Shown: positions 44,212 through 56,683 of the stretch, one piece after another
Layout of the letters: each line of letters begins with the position of its first letter
Numbering within the stretch: position 1 is the first letter of the stretch
Source: Candidatus Binatia bacterium
Lineage (GTDB): Bacteria; Desulfobacterota; Binatia; UBA9968; JAJDTQ01
Reading direction: 5' to 3'
NCBI GenBank assembly: GCA_963666515.2
Contig: OY762897.2
Coordinates: 832,001-896,000, forward strand
DNA: 64,000 nt
Made by a program: the position numbers and the translations under genes
The notes under the pieces: generated by a model
The model's database searches: none
What the model was told of the DNA's origin: nothing
Seen by the model: the letters and a program-made list of their open reading frames with translations, nothing else

Positions 44212-45708
44212 GTGGCCGATACAGGATCCCTCGGTTTCACCGGTTCCGGCAGGCACATCGTTGACGAAGACGAGATCAAGCTCACCAGCGTGGGCGTGGA
44301 CATCGGCTCGTCCACGTCCCACCTAGTGTTCTCGCGCCTGGAACTGAGTCAGGAAGGCACCCGCTACGTCGTCAAGAAGCGCACCGTGCTGAGCGAATCG
44401 GAGATTCTGCTCACGCCGTACACCGACGACCTGACCATCGACACGGAGCGTCTGGGCCGGTTCATCAACCAGCAGTACGAGCACGCGCAGCTCAAGCGGG
44501 AGGACGTCGACACCGGCGCGCTGATCCTCACCGGCGTGGCGGTGCGGCGGCGCAACTCCCGCGCCATCGCCGAGCTGTTCGCCGAGGAGGCGGGCCGGTT
44601 CGTGTCGGTCACCGCGGGCGACGGGTTGGAGACCACCATGGCGGCCCACGGCTCCGGCGCGGTGGCGCGCTCCGGCCGGGAGGACGCGGTGGTGCTGAAC
44701 ATCGACGTGGGCGGCGGCACCAGCAAGATCGCGGTGTGCGCCGGCGGCAGGGTACGCGAGGTCACGGCCATCGACGTGGGCGCCCGGCTGCTGGCCATGG
44801 ACGGCGGCAACGCGGTGGTGCGGGTGGAAGAGGCCGGGCGGCGCCACGGCGGCAAGGTGGGCGTCGAGCTGGAGCTGGGCCAGCTCATGAACGAGGACAC
44901 CCTGCAGGCCATCGCGTCGGAGATGGCGGACCGCCTGTTCGAGGTGGTCAACCAGCAGGATCTCACCGAGGATACCCGTGAGTTGCTGCGCCTTCCGCCG
45001 TTGTCGTACCGGGGCAAGGTCGACGCCGTCACCTTTTCGGGCGGGGTCTCCGAGTTCATCTACGGCCATGCCGACAACGGCTACGGCGACATGGGGGCGG
45101 TCCTGGGCCGGGAGATCCGCCGGCGCGTGGAAGGCATGGGGGTCCCCATCCTGGAGCCCTCGGCCCGCATCCGCGCCACCGTCATCGGCGCGTCGCAGTA
45201 CACCATCCAGGTGAGCGGCAGCACCATCTTCATCTCGCCGCCCGACGCCGTTCCGGTCAGGAACGTGCCGGTGGTGAGCGTCGATTTCCAGTGGGACGAC
45301 GACATTGACCCCGCCAAGGTCATCGGCGCCATCGACAACGCGCTCCGGCGCCTGGATCTGCAAGCCGGCCGTCAGCCGGTGGCGCTGGCGTTCCACTGGC
45401 AGGGGTCGGCCACCTTCGCCCGCCTGCAGGCCTTCTGCGGCGCAGTGGCGGAGGGCCTTAAGCAGGTGCTGGACAAGGGCCACCCGCTCATCCTGGTGAA
45501 CGACGGCGACATCGGCGGCATCCTGGGGCTTCACTTCAAGGAAGAGATGAAGCTCGACAAGCCCATCATCTCGGTGGACGGCATCGTGCTGCAGGAGTTC
45601 GACTACATCGACGTCGGCGCCCTGATCCCGTCATCGGGCGCCGTGCCCGTGGTCATCAAATCGCTCGTTTTCCCAAGCGCGGAGCAGAACGCGGCCATCC
45701 GGCAGTAG
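44212..45708 (+). CDS. EutA-like ASKHA-fold reactivating-factor ATPase
   Basis: [66 protein letters not shown]. Confidence 0.85.
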   Translation: MADTGSLGFTGSGRHIVDEDEIKLTSVGVDIGSSTSHLVFSRLELSQEGTRYVVKKRTVLSESEILLTPYTDDLTIDTERLGRFINQQYEHAQLKREDVDTGALILTGVAVRRRNSRAIAELFAEEAGRFVSVTAGDGLETTMAAHGSGAVARSGREDAVVLNIDVGGGTSKIAVCAGGRVREVTAIDVGARLLAMDGGNAVVRVEEAGRRHGGKVGVELELGQLMNEDTLQAIASEMADRLFEVVNQQDLTEDTRELLRLPPLSYRGKVDAVTFSGGVSEFIYGHADNGYGDMGAVLGREIRRRVEGMGVPILEPSARIRATVIGASQYTIQVSGSTIFISPPDAVPVRNVPVVSVDFQWDDDIDPAKVIGAIDNALRRLDLQAGRQPVALAFHWQGSATFARLQAFCGAVAEGLKQVLDKGHPLILVNDGDIGGILGLHFKEEMKLDKPIISVDGIVLQEFDYIDVGALIPSSGAVPVVIKSLVFPSAEQNAAIRQ

Positions 45709-45739
45709 GCGGTGCTCCGTCGGGAGTAGAGGACGGTTC

Positions 45740-47110
<1,371 letters not shown>

Positions 47111-47365
47111 AGCCGAAATTCCCTCGCCAGCCGTCGCGCCTCAGGCTCGGCGCAATCTCTCTCCGTTTCAGCAGGACTTGCAGCAGAAGACGTAGTTGTC
47201 GAAAGAACCCGTGATTTTGTCAATCATGATGACATTATACGGGGATCTTTTGGCGAAACCGCCAAGGCATGAGTACTCAGGCTTTGAAATTGTCCTTTTT
47301 GCATGGTTCTTAGCCATATGGCCTTCAACAAATCGCATCTTGGAGTTATTTCGATATCGTGTTAT

Positions 47366-47388
47366 TTTGATGGTTATGAGCCATCAAA
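47366..47388. promoter_or_regulatory. Inverted repeat spanning the abiEi start codon (candidate operator or translational hairpin)
   Basis: TTTGATGG-TTATGAG-CCATCAAA. Confidence 0.4.
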
Positions 47389-48218
47389 GAACCCCGCGTC
47401 TGAAACCGCTGCTGGATACCGTCCCCCCCGGCTTCATGGTGGATACGCCGTGGCTCAAGGCCCAAGGCATCGACCCCAAGTCCATCCACGGCTACGTCGC
47501 CCGCGGGTGGCTTGAGCGCGTCGTCCGGGGGGTGTATCGCCGCCCCCTGCCGGAAGGCGCACAAGGCGCCTGGGGGGAGTCCTGGGAAATTCCGCTTCTC
47601 TCGCTCCAACGGCTCATGAGGTACGCCGTGCATCTGGGTGGGGAGAGCGCCCTCGACGTGGTCGGCTACACGCATTACTTGAACCTCGGAGGAAAGCCCC
47701 GTGTCCGGTTCTACGGGGAGGCGCCGTCTTGGCTGAGGCGGCTGCCCATGCGGACCCAGATCGTCGTGCGCCGGCGGACGCTCTTCGGCGAGGATCCGCT
47801 CGGCATCGACGACGTCGGTTTAGAGGCCGGAGTGGGAGGATCCGCAGTCGGCGTGTGGCGCTGGCCCCTCAAGGCATCTTCTCCCGAACGAGCTATCTTC
47901 GAGGCCCTTGACGAGTTGCCGCGGGACGCGAGCTTCGAGAACCTGGACAAGGTCTTCGAGGGACTGGCATTGCTGCGGCCCAAGAGGCTCATGGCGCTGT
48001 TGACGGCCTGCCGGAGCGTGAAGGTGCGCAGGCTGTTCTTTGTCTTCGCGGACAGGCACGGGCACGCATGGCGCAAGCATCTGGACACTTCGAGGATCGA
48101 CCTCGGGTCGGGACCGCGGGCCCTCGTGAAGGGCGGCAGGCTCCACCCGGCCTACCGCATCTACGTGCCCCGGGCGTTCGTGCCCGAGAAGCCTTCAGTG
48201 GCGGCCGGCGATGCTTGA
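47376..48218 (+). CDS. Type IV TA antitoxin, AbiEi family
   Basis: wHTH N-term (YVARGWLERVVRGVYRRP), HLGGESAL, SSPERAIFE, SVKVRRLF. Start inferred at ATG 47376. Confidence 0.88.
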   Translation: MSHQRTPRLKPLLDTVPPGFMVDTPWLKAQGIDPKSIHGYVARGWLERVVRGVYRRPLPEGAQGAWGESWEIPLLSLQRLMRYAVHLGGESALDVVGYTHYLNLGGKPRVRFYGEAPSWLRRLPMRTQIVVRRRTLFGEDPLGIDDVGLEAGVGGSAVGVWRWPLKASSPERAIFEALDELPRDASFENLDKVFEGLALLRPKRLMALLTACRSVKVRRLFFVFADRHGHAWRKHLDTSRIDLGSGPRALVKGGRLHPAYRIYVPRAFVPEKPSVAAGDA

Positions 48219-49125
48219 CAGGTACGTAGCGCAGGTCGGCCTGCTGCTGAGCGCGTTGCCCGACATCGCGAGGGAGACCGTGTTCGCGCTCAAGGGCGGC
48301 ACCGCGATCAACCTGTTCTACAGGGACATGCCGAGGCTGTCGGTGGATATCGACCTGACCTACCTGCCGGTGGCGGACCGCCGGTCGTCGCTTGAGGAAA
48401 TCGACGGCGCGCTCGACCGCATCGTCACGGCGGTCAACGCCCGCAGCCCGCGGCTCAGGGCGCGCCGTATCGCGGGCCGCGGGGACAGCGACACGCGCAT
48501 CATGGTGAGCGACGGCCGGGTGCGGATAAAGATCGAGACTTCCCCGGTGCTGCGAGGGGCGGTGCATCCGGCGAGGCGGATGGCTGTGTCCGATAGGGTC
48601 ACGGAGCAGTTCGGCTTCGTCGAGACGAGCGTGCTGGCCTTCGAGGATCTGTACGGCGGGAAGCTCCATGCGGCGCTCGATTGTCAGCACCCGCGTGACT
48701 TCTTTGATGTGAAGCTCCTGTACGACAACGAAGGCGTGACGGACGACCTCTTCCGCACTTTCATGGTCTATGTGGCGAGCTCGAACCGTCCGATGCATGA
48801 GCTCCTGGCTCCCTCTGCGCCCCCCGAAGAGGACCTGTATTATGAAGAATTCGTCGGGATGACCCGCGAGGCGGTATCCAGGGATGATCTGGCCGGCACG
48901 CGCCGCCGTCTTCACGCCGACATCGGATCGCGGTTGAAAGGAGACATCGCGGCGTTCCTGCTCTCCCTCCACGATGCGGAGCCCGACTTCGGCCTGATCG
49001 GTTTGCCCGAGGCCGCGGATATGCCGGCTGTTCGCTGGAAGTTGGTAAACTTGGAGAAGCTCAAGCGCGAAAATCCCGACAAGCACGCGGTTGAGCGCGA
49101 GGCGCTCGAAAGCCTTTTCCGCTAA
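48211..49125 (+). CDS. Type IV TA toxin, AbiEii nucleotidyltransferase
   Basis: FALKGGTAINLFY..PRLSVDIDL, KLHAALD.QHPRDFFD. Confidence 0.92.
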   Translation: MLDRYVAQVGLLLSALPDIARETVFALKGGTAINLFYRDMPRLSVDIDLTYLPVADRRSSLEEIDGALDRIVTAVNARSPRLRARRIAGRGDSDTRIMVSDGRVRIKIETSPVLRGAVHPARRMAVSDRVTEQFGFVETSVLAFEDLYGGKLHAALDCQHPRDFFDVKLLYDNEGVTDDLFRTFMVYVASSNRPMHELLAPSAPPEEDLYYEEFVGMTREAVSRDDLAGTRRRLHADIGSRLKGDIAAFLLSLHDAEPDFGLIGLPEAADMPAVRWKLVNLEKLKRENPDKHAVEREALESLFR

Positions 49126-49163
49126 CGGCGAAGCCCGCTTGGTGGAGGACGGCGGTCAAGGTT

Positions 49164-49298
49164 CGGGCATTCGGGCTGCATCCCTTGAAGGGCGACCGCG
49201 GGGGCCAGTGGAGCGTCGGCGTTTCCGGCAACTGGCGCGTGGTATTCCGCTTCGGGGACGGCGAGGCCGTGGACGTGGATCTGATCGATTATCACTGA
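49164..49298 (+). pseudogene. higB: 5'-truncated HigB (RelE-like) toxin remnant
   Basis: FGLHPLKGDRGGQWSVGVSGNWRVVFRFGDGEAVDVDLIDYH-stop; N-terminal half and start codon absent. Confidence 0.8.
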
Positions 49299-49317
49299 CC
49301 GAAGAGGAGAGCTGACC

Positions 49318-49632
49318 ATGAACGGCATTACGAGCGATCGCGTCGGCCCGATGATGAACCCGCCGCATCTAGGCGAACTGATCCGCGAGAGCATGGACGA
49401 GGTGGGTTGGAACGTGACCGAGACCGCGGCGCGTCTCGGCTGCGAGCGCGGAACACTGTCTCGTCTGCTGAACGGCAAGGCGGGCGTGTCAGCGAACATG
49501 GCGCTGGCGCTGGAGGATATCGGCTGGGGCACCGCCGATCACTGGATGCGGATGCAGGCGAGCTACGAGCTTGCGCAGGCGCGCCGGGACCGGGCCGCTG
49601 CCGAGCGGCGCACAGGCGCATTGCACACATGA
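49318..49632 (+). CDS. higA: HigA-family antitoxin
   Basis: NPPHLGELI, TLSRLLNG..VSANMALAL, WMRMQASYEL; GAGGAG RBS. Confidence 0.88.
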   Translation: MNGITSDRVGPMMNPPHLGELIRESMDEVGWNVTETAARLGCERGTLSRLLNGKAGVSANMALALEDIGWGTADHWMRMQASYELAQARRDRAAAERRTGALHT

Positions 49633-49755
49633 TCCGGTCTGTCGCCTTCGCCAAGGCCATTTAATTTACGTAAGCCCCGAAGTCCGAAAGCGAGGGACTT
49701 ACCTTGGAAGCACCGTGCGCCAGCACTCCGGCAAGGGTTCTTCTGTCACGGGACA

Positions 49756-51540
49756 CTACGCCTCCGGCGCGAACTGCAACGAAGCCAGCCGCGCGTACAG
49801 GCCGCCGCCGCCCATCAGTTCCTCGTGGGTGCCGGTGGCGACGATGCGGCCCTGGTCGATGACGACGATGCGGTCGGCCTTGAGGACGGTGGCGAGGCGG
49901 TGGGCGATGATGAGGGTGGTGCGGTTGGCCATGAGGCGGTCCAGGGCCTCGTGCACCAGGTGCTCGCTTTCGGCGTCCAGGGAGCTGGTGGCCTCGTCCA
50001 GCAGCATGACCGCGGGGTCCCTGAGGATGGCCCGGGCGATGGCGATGCGCTGGCGCTGGCCGATGGAGAGGCGCAGGCCCTTTTCGCCCAGGAAGGTGTC
50101 GTAGCGCTCCGGCAGGCTCTGGATGAAGTCGTCGGCGAAGGCGGCCCCCGCGGCGACCGTCACTTCCGCGTCGGTGGCGGAAGGGCGCCCGTAACGGATG
50201 TTCTCCCTGGCGTCGGCGGAGAAGATGACCGTTTCCTGGGGTACGAGGCCGATGCGGCTTCGCACGGCCTGGGGGTCCGCGTTCCGCAGGTCCACGCCGT
50301 CGAGCCGGATGCACCCTCCAGCGGGGTCGTAGAATCGCAGCAGCAGCTTGAACACGGTGCTCTTGCCCGCCCCGGAGGGGCCTACCAGGGCCACGGTTTC
50401 GCCGGGTTCGATGGCCAGGGAGAACGCGTCCAGCGCCCGTTCGCCGGGGCGGGAAGGGTACCCGAACTCCACCGAGTCGAGAACGACGCTGCCCCGCGGC
50501 GGTTCGGGCAGGGGCCGGGGCGCCGCCGGCGGGGTGACGGCCGGCCGGGCCTCCAGCAGCTCCATCAAACGTTCCGTGGCGCCCGCGGCCCGCTGCACCT
50601 CGCCCCACACCTGGCTCAGGCTCGCGGCCGATCCCGCCACGAAGATCGCGTAGAAGACGAACTGGATCAGGACGCCGGCGGACATGCGGCCGCTCAGCAC
50701 CGCCTCGGCCCCAAGCCACAGCACGCCCACCACGCCGCCGAACATGAGCGTGATGACCAGGAAGATGAGCAGCGCCCGGTTGCGGATCCTCACAAGCGCG
50801 GCGTCGTAGGCCGCCTCGGTGGCATCGCCGAAACGGTCCTTCTCGGTGCTCTCCTGGGTGAACGCCTGCACCGTCTCCACCGCGTCGAGGTTCTCGCCGG
50901 CCAGGGCGCTGGTGTCCGCTATCCGGTCCTGGCTCACCCGCGACAGCCGCCGCACCCGCCGGCCCAGCACCAGGATGGGCAGCAGCACCAGCGGGATCAA
51001 CACCAGCACCGCGCCCATGAGCTGCGGGCTGGTGACGATCAGCATGACGAAGCCGCCCGCGAAGATCAGCAGGTTGCGCAAGGCCATGGACGCGCCCGAG
51101 CCGATGACCGTCTGGATCAGCGTGGTGTCGGTGGTGAGGCGCGAGAGGATCTCGCCGGTGCGGGTCACCTCGAAGAAGGTGGGGTTCATGCCCAGCACGT
51201 GGCCGTGGATCTGCTTGCGGATGTCCGCCACCACGCGCTCGCCGATCCGGGCGACGAAATAGAAACGGCCGGCTGACGCCACCGCGAGGACCGCGATGAT
51301 GCCGAGCAGAAGCTGGAAGCGCTGGCCGATGAGCGCGCGGTTTTCCTCGGTGAACCCGGTCTCCAGAATCTGGCGGGCGGCGATGGGAAGGACGAGGGTC
51401 ACCAGCGCGGCGGTGAGCAGGGACACGACGGTCAGGACCAGCAGCCACGGGTACGGCTTCAGGTACCGGACGAGGTGGCGCAGGGGCCGCAGGTCCCGGC
51501 CGGCGGGCCGGGAGTGGAGGACATTTCCGGGCGCTTGCAT
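49756..51540 (-). CDS. ABC transporter fused permease/ATP-binding protein (MsbA/ABCB-like)
   Basis: TM domain plus GPSGAGKS, LSIGQRQR, LLDEATSSLD, IAHRL. Confidence 0.9.
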   Translation of the reverse strand: MQAPGNVLHSRPAGRDLRPLRHLVRYLKPYPWLLVLTVVSLLTAALVTLVLPIAARQILETGFTEENRALIGQRFQLLLGIIAVLAVASAGRFYFVARIGERVVADIRKQIHGHVLGMNPTFFEVTRTGEILSRLTTDTTLIQTVIGSGASMALRNLLIFAGGFVMLIVTSPQLMGAVLVLIPLVLLPILVLGRRVRRLSRVSQDRIADTSALAGENLDAVETVQAFTQESTEKDRFGDATEAAYDAALVRIRNRALLIFLVITLMFGGVVGVLWLGAEAVLSGRMSAGVLIQFVFYAIFVAGSAASLSQVWGEVQRAAGATERLMELLEARPAVTPPAAPRPLPEPPRGSVVLDSVEFGYPSRPGERALDAFSLAIEPGETVALVGPSGAGKSTVFKLLLRFYDPAGGCIRLDGVDLRNADPQAVRSRIGLVPQETVIFSADARENIRYGRPSATDAEVTVAAGAAFADDFIQSLPERYDTFLGEKGLRLSIGQRQRIAIARAILRDPAVMLLDEATSSLDAESEHLVHEALDRLMANRTTLIIAHRLATVLKADRIVVIDQGRIVATGTHEELMGGGGLYARLASLQFAPEA

Positions 51541-51622
51541 GTGCTCAGTGCGCGTCCACACCAAAACGGGTGCCACCGTTGCTCACAGTGGCACCCGTTC
51601 AATGGCTTCGGGCTCGTCCCGC

Positions 51623-53080
51623 CTACACGTTGACCACCACCACGCCCTTGGGCTCCAGGTAGTAGTCCAGCGCCTCGGGGCCGTGCTCGCGGCCCACGCC
51701 GCTGGACTTGACCCCGCCGAAGGGCAGCTCGTCGTAGCCGTAGTGGAGCGAATTGACCCACACGTTGCCCGCCTCGAGCCGGTCGATGGCCTTGTTGGCG
51801 TAGTTCATGTTGCTGGTCCAGATGGACGAGCCCAGGCCGAATTCGGAGGCGTTGGCCCGCTCGATGGCCTCGTCGATGTCCTTGAAGGTGAACACCGGCA
51901 GGGCCGGGCCGAAGCACTCCTCGGTGGCGATGCGGGCGTCGTCGGGCACGTCCGTGAGCAGCGTCGGCAGGTAGAAGTGGCCGTTCTTGAACTCGTCGCC
52001 CTCGGGCCGGGCGCCGCCCGCCACCGCCTTGGCACCGCGCGCCTTGGCGTCCTCCACCTGCTCCTCCACCTCGGTGCGCTGGTAGTCCACGTGGAGCGGC
52101 CCCATGCGGCTTTCCTTCTTCATGCCGTCGCCCACCGCCTTCTTCTGCAGGCCCGCGGCGAGCTTGCCGACGAAGTCCTCGGCGACGGATTCGTGCACGA
52201 AGAGCCGCTTCACCCCCAGGCACATCTGGCCGCAGTTGAAGTACCGTCCGATGTCGGCCATCTTCACCGCCATGTCGACGTTGGCGTCCTCCATGACGAT
52301 CATGGGGTCGCTGCCGCCCAGCTCCAGGGTCACGCGCTTGATCTCCCTCCCGGCCACCTCCATGACGTGGCGCCCGATGGGGGTGGAGCCGGTGAAGGCG
52401 ATGCGGCGGATGCGGGGGTTGCTGAGCAGCTCCTCGCCCACCGAACCGCCCGGTCCGCTGACGAAGTTCACCGCGCCCTTGGGCAGGCTCTTCTTGCCGC
52501 CGGCGTAGGTGGCCTGGGCGATCAACTCCATGCACAGCGCCGTGGCCAGCGGCGTGGTGGAGGCGGGCTTCACGATGATGGTGTTGCCGGCCGCCAGCGC
52601 CGGGCCCACCTTGGTGCCCATGAGCGTCAGCGGGAAGTTCCACGGCACAATGGCGCCGCACACGCCGATGGGCTGGCGCACCACCATGCCGTAGGCGTTC
52701 TTCTGCGGCAGCGGCACGTGGGAGCCCCGCACCTTGGAGGCCAGCCCGGCGTAGAATTCCAGGCCGTGGATCAGGTGGTGGATCTCCAGCCCGGCCTCGA
52801 ACAGGGTCTTGCCCTGCTCCTGGGTCAGCAGCGCCGCGATGTCCTTGCTGCGCTCCTGGATCAGCTCGCAGGCGCTCTCCAGCGCCTTGCCGCGGTCCTC
52901 GGGAGTGGTGTCGGACCACTCCTTGAACGCCTCTTCCGCGGCGTCCACTGCCTGCCGGACGTCCTCCTCCGAGCCCTTGGCGGCGTGGTCCACGACCTGG
53001 CCGGTGGCCGGGTTGCGCACTTCGTAGGTTTCCTTCTTCACGGCGTCGACGAGCTCGCCGCCGATCAACAGCTTGGACAT
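51623..53080 (-). CDS. NAD(P)-dependent aldehyde dehydrogenase
   Basis: PWNFP, FTGS, LELGGSDP, FNCGQMC, EECFGP, PFGGVK.SG.GRE. Confidence 0.93.
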   Translation of the reverse strand: MSKLLIGGELVDAVKKETYEVRNPATGQVVDHAAKGSEEDVRQAVDAAEEAFKEWSDTTPEDRGKALESACELIQERSKDIAALLTQEQGKTLFEAGLEIHHLIHGLEFYAGLASKVRGSHVPLPQKNAYGMVVRQPIGVCGAIVPWNFPLTLMGTKVGPALAAGNTIIVKPASTTPLATALCMELIAQATYAGGKKSLPKGAVNFVSGPGGSVGEELLSNPRIRRIAFTGSTPIGRHVMEVAGREIKRVTLELGGSDPMIVMEDANVDMAVKMADIGRYFNCGQMCLGVKRLFVHESVAEDFVGKLAAGLQKKAVGDGMKKESRMGPLHVDYQRTEVEEQVEDAKARGAKAVAGGARPEGDEFKNGHFYLPTLLTDVPDDARIATEECFGPALPVFTFKDIDEAIERANASEFGLGSSIWTSNMNYANKAIDRLEAGNVWVNSLHYGYDELPFGGVKSSGVGREHGPEALDYYLEPKGVVVVNV

Positions 53081-53172
53081 TCTTTACCTCCGGATTGTGA
53101 ACCTGATGAGATGTTCGGCGTGAAGCCCCGGCCCGGGCCGCGCGGCGGGGGGGCTTCGAACCGCCGTTCCGT

Positions 53173-53961
53173 CTACTGGCCCTTGAACTTGGCCGTCCGC
53201 TTCTCCAGGTAGGCCTGGACGCCTTCGTTGCCGTCGTCGCTGGCGAAGGTCTGGGTGAGTACTTCGCGCTCGAACGCCAGGCCCTCGGGCAGCGAGGTCT
53301 CGATGCCCGCGTGGACGGCGCGCTTGATCTTGCCCACGGCCATGCTGGCCTTGTTGGGGGGCACGAACTGCCTGGCGTAGTCCATGACGTCCTGCATGAA
53401 GCTGTCGCGCTCGTAGATGTAGTGGAGGAGCCCCATGTCGTGGGCCTCGTCGAAGGCCACCTGCTTGCCGGTGGCGCACAACTCCAGGGCCTTGGCGCGG
53501 CCCACCAGGCGCGGCAGCCGCTGGGTGCCGCCCATGCCCGGCATGACGCCCAGGTTCACCTCCGCCAACCCCATGCGGCCGCCGTCCTTCTTGCCGATGC
53601 GGATGTCCGCGGCCATGGAGATCTCCAGGCCGCCGCCGATGGCGTGGCCGTTGACCGCGGCGATGACCAGCTTGGGGGTGTTCTCCATGCGCATCAGCAC
53701 CTCGTGGCCGTGCAGCGCGAAGTTGGACTTGTAGGAAAGGTTCTGGGTGCCGAGCATGTTGATGTCGGCGCCGGCCGAGAAGAACTTCTCGCCCTTGCCG
53801 GTGATCACGATCACGTGGATGCCGTCGTCGAAGCGGGCGGCCAGGAGCGCATCGTCGAGTTCGCGCAACATCTCGTGGGTGTAGGAATTGACCGGCGGGT
53901 GATTCAGCTCGATGAGGGAGATGCCGCCTTCGTTGGTCTGGTCGATGCTGCCGTCTGCCAT
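53173..53961 (-). CDS. Enoyl-CoA hydratase/isomerase family protein
   Basis: [37 protein letters not shown]; GGAGG RBS before ATG 53961. Confidence 0.92.
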   Translation of the reverse strand: MADGSIDQTNEGGISLIELNHPPVNSYTHEMLRELDDALLAARFDDGIHVIVITGKGEKFFSAGADINMLGTQNLSYKSNFALHGHEVLMRMENTPKLVIAAVNGHAIGGGLEISMAADIRIGKKDGGRMGLAEVNLGVMPGMGGTQRLPRLVGRAKALELCATGKQVAFDEAHDMGLLHYIYERDSFMQDVMDYARQFVPPNKASMAVGKIKRAVHAGIETSLPEGLAFEREVLTQTFASDDGNEGVQAYLEKRTAKFKGQ

Positions 53962-54113
53962 TTGTGCCTCCTGAAGTAGCGGGAAAAAGGACTCTGTAAC
54001 GGGGGGCTGCCGGTGCTCGCCGGTTCCCATCTGAATTAGCGGGCAGGGCCGGACAAGTCAACCGTTGACGGGCTCCGTTGGAAAACCCGCTGCCGTATGG
54101 CAAGAGTAACACG

Positions 54114-55280
54114 ATGGCCAGTCAGAACACGCGACAGAAAACCCTCCGAAGCGGCCTGAAAGCGCTTCGCAACGAAGGGCTGGAGACGGAATCGCCGGAT
54201 GCAGCCACGGTGGAACCGCTGCTCCAGCGGTTCGGAGCCGATCCTGTGGTTTCCCTGGCCGTGGCGCACGTGCTGGGCCGTGTCCGGGACGCCGCCTCGG
54301 TGAGCGCGCTCAAGGACCTGGAGCAACGGGCGGGGAGCAAGGAAGTCCGCCGGGAGATCCGGCGGTCGCTGTTCAAGCTGGCTCAGGGGGGCCTTTCGTC
54401 CGACAAGCCGGGAGCGGCGGCGGGGGAGGGCGGGGCCAATTTCAGCCTCGCGCCGGAGATCGAAGGGTACCTGTCGTCGGTCACGGGCGGCGGCTCGCGC
54501 ATGGTCATCCTCACGCGGCCGCAGCCCGGCGGCGGGCTTCTGGTCATGCAGGCGGCCGTCAACGACCGCCGCGGCCTCGAAAGGCTGGCAGGCAACGTCA
54601 TCCGCCGCAAGGAACTGCGGCAGATGATGGACGACATGAAGACCCGGTTGGATGTCTCCCTGACTCCCGTGCCTTGGGAGTATGCCGACTGGCTGATGCA
54701 CGACGCTTACGGAAAGGTGAAGGATTCACCCGGCGAGGGGGTGTCGGACTATCCCCGGCTGCGGACCCACCTGACCGGCGCCAAGCCCGCGCAGCGCGCC
54801 CACCCGGTCTACGATCTCGTGGACGCCGCCGGCATCGGCTCCACCGCCCTGTCCGAGACATCGGAGAAGCTCCTGGAGGAGCCGGAGTTCCGCACCTGGT
54901 TCGTGGAGAAGGACCTGCTGGAGCCCTACCTGCAGCGCCTGGAGGAGGCCGAGCAGAGCCGCATCGTGCTCAACCCGATGCAGAAGGAAGAGCGGTTCCG
55001 CAGCATCGTCCGGGAAGCCGTCGAGGGTATCTTCCTCGGAGCGGAAACGCGCGCGGTCTTCGAGGGACGACTCGAAGACGCCGCGCTCCATCTCCACGTC
55101 TCCGGCCAGGAAGAGAAGGCGAGGGATATCCTGGGCGTCGCCCTGGCCATTCGCCGCGGCGACCTCGGGCGCCTGGGAGTCCCGTTGCTCGAAGCCCTCG
55201 TCATGCGGAGCCTCGGCCTGCACGAGGCGCAGGAGAAGCAGGAAGCCGAGGAAGAGCCGTCGCTGATCGTCAAGCCGTAG
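54114..55280 (+). CDS. Hypothetical protein with HEAT-like N-terminal helices
   Basis: Long ORF with host-like codon usage; helix pattern AHVLGRVRDAASVSAL...KEVRREIRRSLFKL. Confidence 0.7.
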   Translation: MASQNTRQKTLRSGLKALRNEGLETESPDAATVEPLLQRFGADPVVSLAVAHVLGRVRDAASVSALKDLEQRAGSKEVRREIRRSLFKLAQGGLSSDKPGAAAGEGGANFSLAPEIEGYLSSVTGGGSRMVILTRPQPGGGLLVMQAAVNDRRGLERLAGNVIRRKELRQMMDDMKTRLDVSLTPVPWEYADWLMHDAYGKVKDSPGEGVSDYPRLRTHLTGAKPAQRAHPVYDLVDAAGIGSTALSETSEKLLEEPEFRTWFVEKDLLEPYLQRLEEAEQSRIVLNPMQKEERFRSIVREAVEGIFLGAETRAVFEGRLEDAALHLHVSGQEEKARDILGVALAIRRGDLGRLGVPLLEALVMRSLGLHEAQEKQEAEEEPSLIVKP

Positions 55281-56683
55281 CGTGAGAAACCGCAAGCATA
55301 CGGCATCCACCTACAGCAGTCCGTTTAGTGCTTTGAAGGCTTGCTCGAAACGATCAAGTTCCTGTTCACTCAGTCGAGCCACCAACGCCCCGACTTCGCT
55401 GGCGAAATAGCGAGCTGGTGCGTAGTGGTTGAATTTGGCGTTTTTCGGAAGCGGATTGTCTTTGATGTGGCGCTCAAGACGGCGGAGGATTCGAGGAGGG
55501 TTCTTGGGCAAATCTGCCAAAGCAACTGATGAACCGAAGGTCCCGTTCACCAACTCCAGGTAGAAGTTGGGCTCGAACATGTCCTCAATATCGGCTTCGC
55601 TTTTGCCCACATAGTCTGCATATGTCAGGACCTTTTGCTTCTTGAGTAGTTTTCTCTTGTAGAGGTTCTCAAGGGTCTGTTTATCCTTTTTCTGGAAGTC
55701 GAGGAGAACGGCCATCTTAAGACGTGTCTGGGCGCCAATCAGCGCGACGAAGGTTGAGACCTTGTCGGAGCCACCGACTGGAGTGATAGTCCAATCGCTA
55801 CTCAGGCCCACCCTGCCTTTTTCCTGGAGAATGGTCGAGATTGTTTGGATGTAAAGTAGGTCGGATACGCCTTCAACAACGAGGCAGTTTGGGCCGACGA
55901 ACAGTGTCTGGTAGATCTCGTAGCCGAGAGCACCTTGGAGGGGGAAGAGGCTATCCGGTGTTGCATCGAGGACTTCCGTTATGACCTTCGTGCCTTCTTC
56001 GTCTTCCGCGAGATCGTTAGCATCTGGTTCGAGGCTCCTGTCCTGGACGATGCGGACGCGATCAAAATGTGTCGGATCGACCATGAACGGTGAATGGGTT
56101 GTGTAGATGAGTTGGTGATACGGTTTCAGTTCCACCTCAAAGTAACGAAGGAGGTCTTCCTGGGCTTTCGCGTGAAGAGAGAGGCCAGGTTCATCTAGAA
56201 GGAGGATAAGGTTCTCCTTCTTTGCTCGGAGTTGAGAATACCATGCAAGAAAGGAAAAGAACCAGATGAAACCGCGAGAGCGAGTGCCCAACGCTGTGCT
56301 TACCATGTGCTTCGTGTCATGTACACGGCCCCAGATATTCATTCCGTTGGTCATGCCGGGCGGGTCCTGGGATTGACCCGGACGGATATCAAACTTCAAT
56401 CTGAGGTGGCGGTTTTGGGACCAGTATTTTAGCACCTTCTGCGTAAGCTGATTTTCGGCAGCTTCGAGCTTGGCTAGTAAGCTTTCAGTTCTGTCTGGTG
56501 CGAGTATCTGTTGCAAGTTCAACCCAGCAAGAGCAATTAGCCCGAGGAGTGGGTGATCCCGCTCTTCAAGCTCATTGCGATCGACACGGCTCACGAGAGC
56601 GTCAAGATTATCGTGGCCCTTCATCAAGTAGTACTCGTCGAAGTATACCCGATTGTTGCAAAAACCACGGCTGAATTTGAGAG

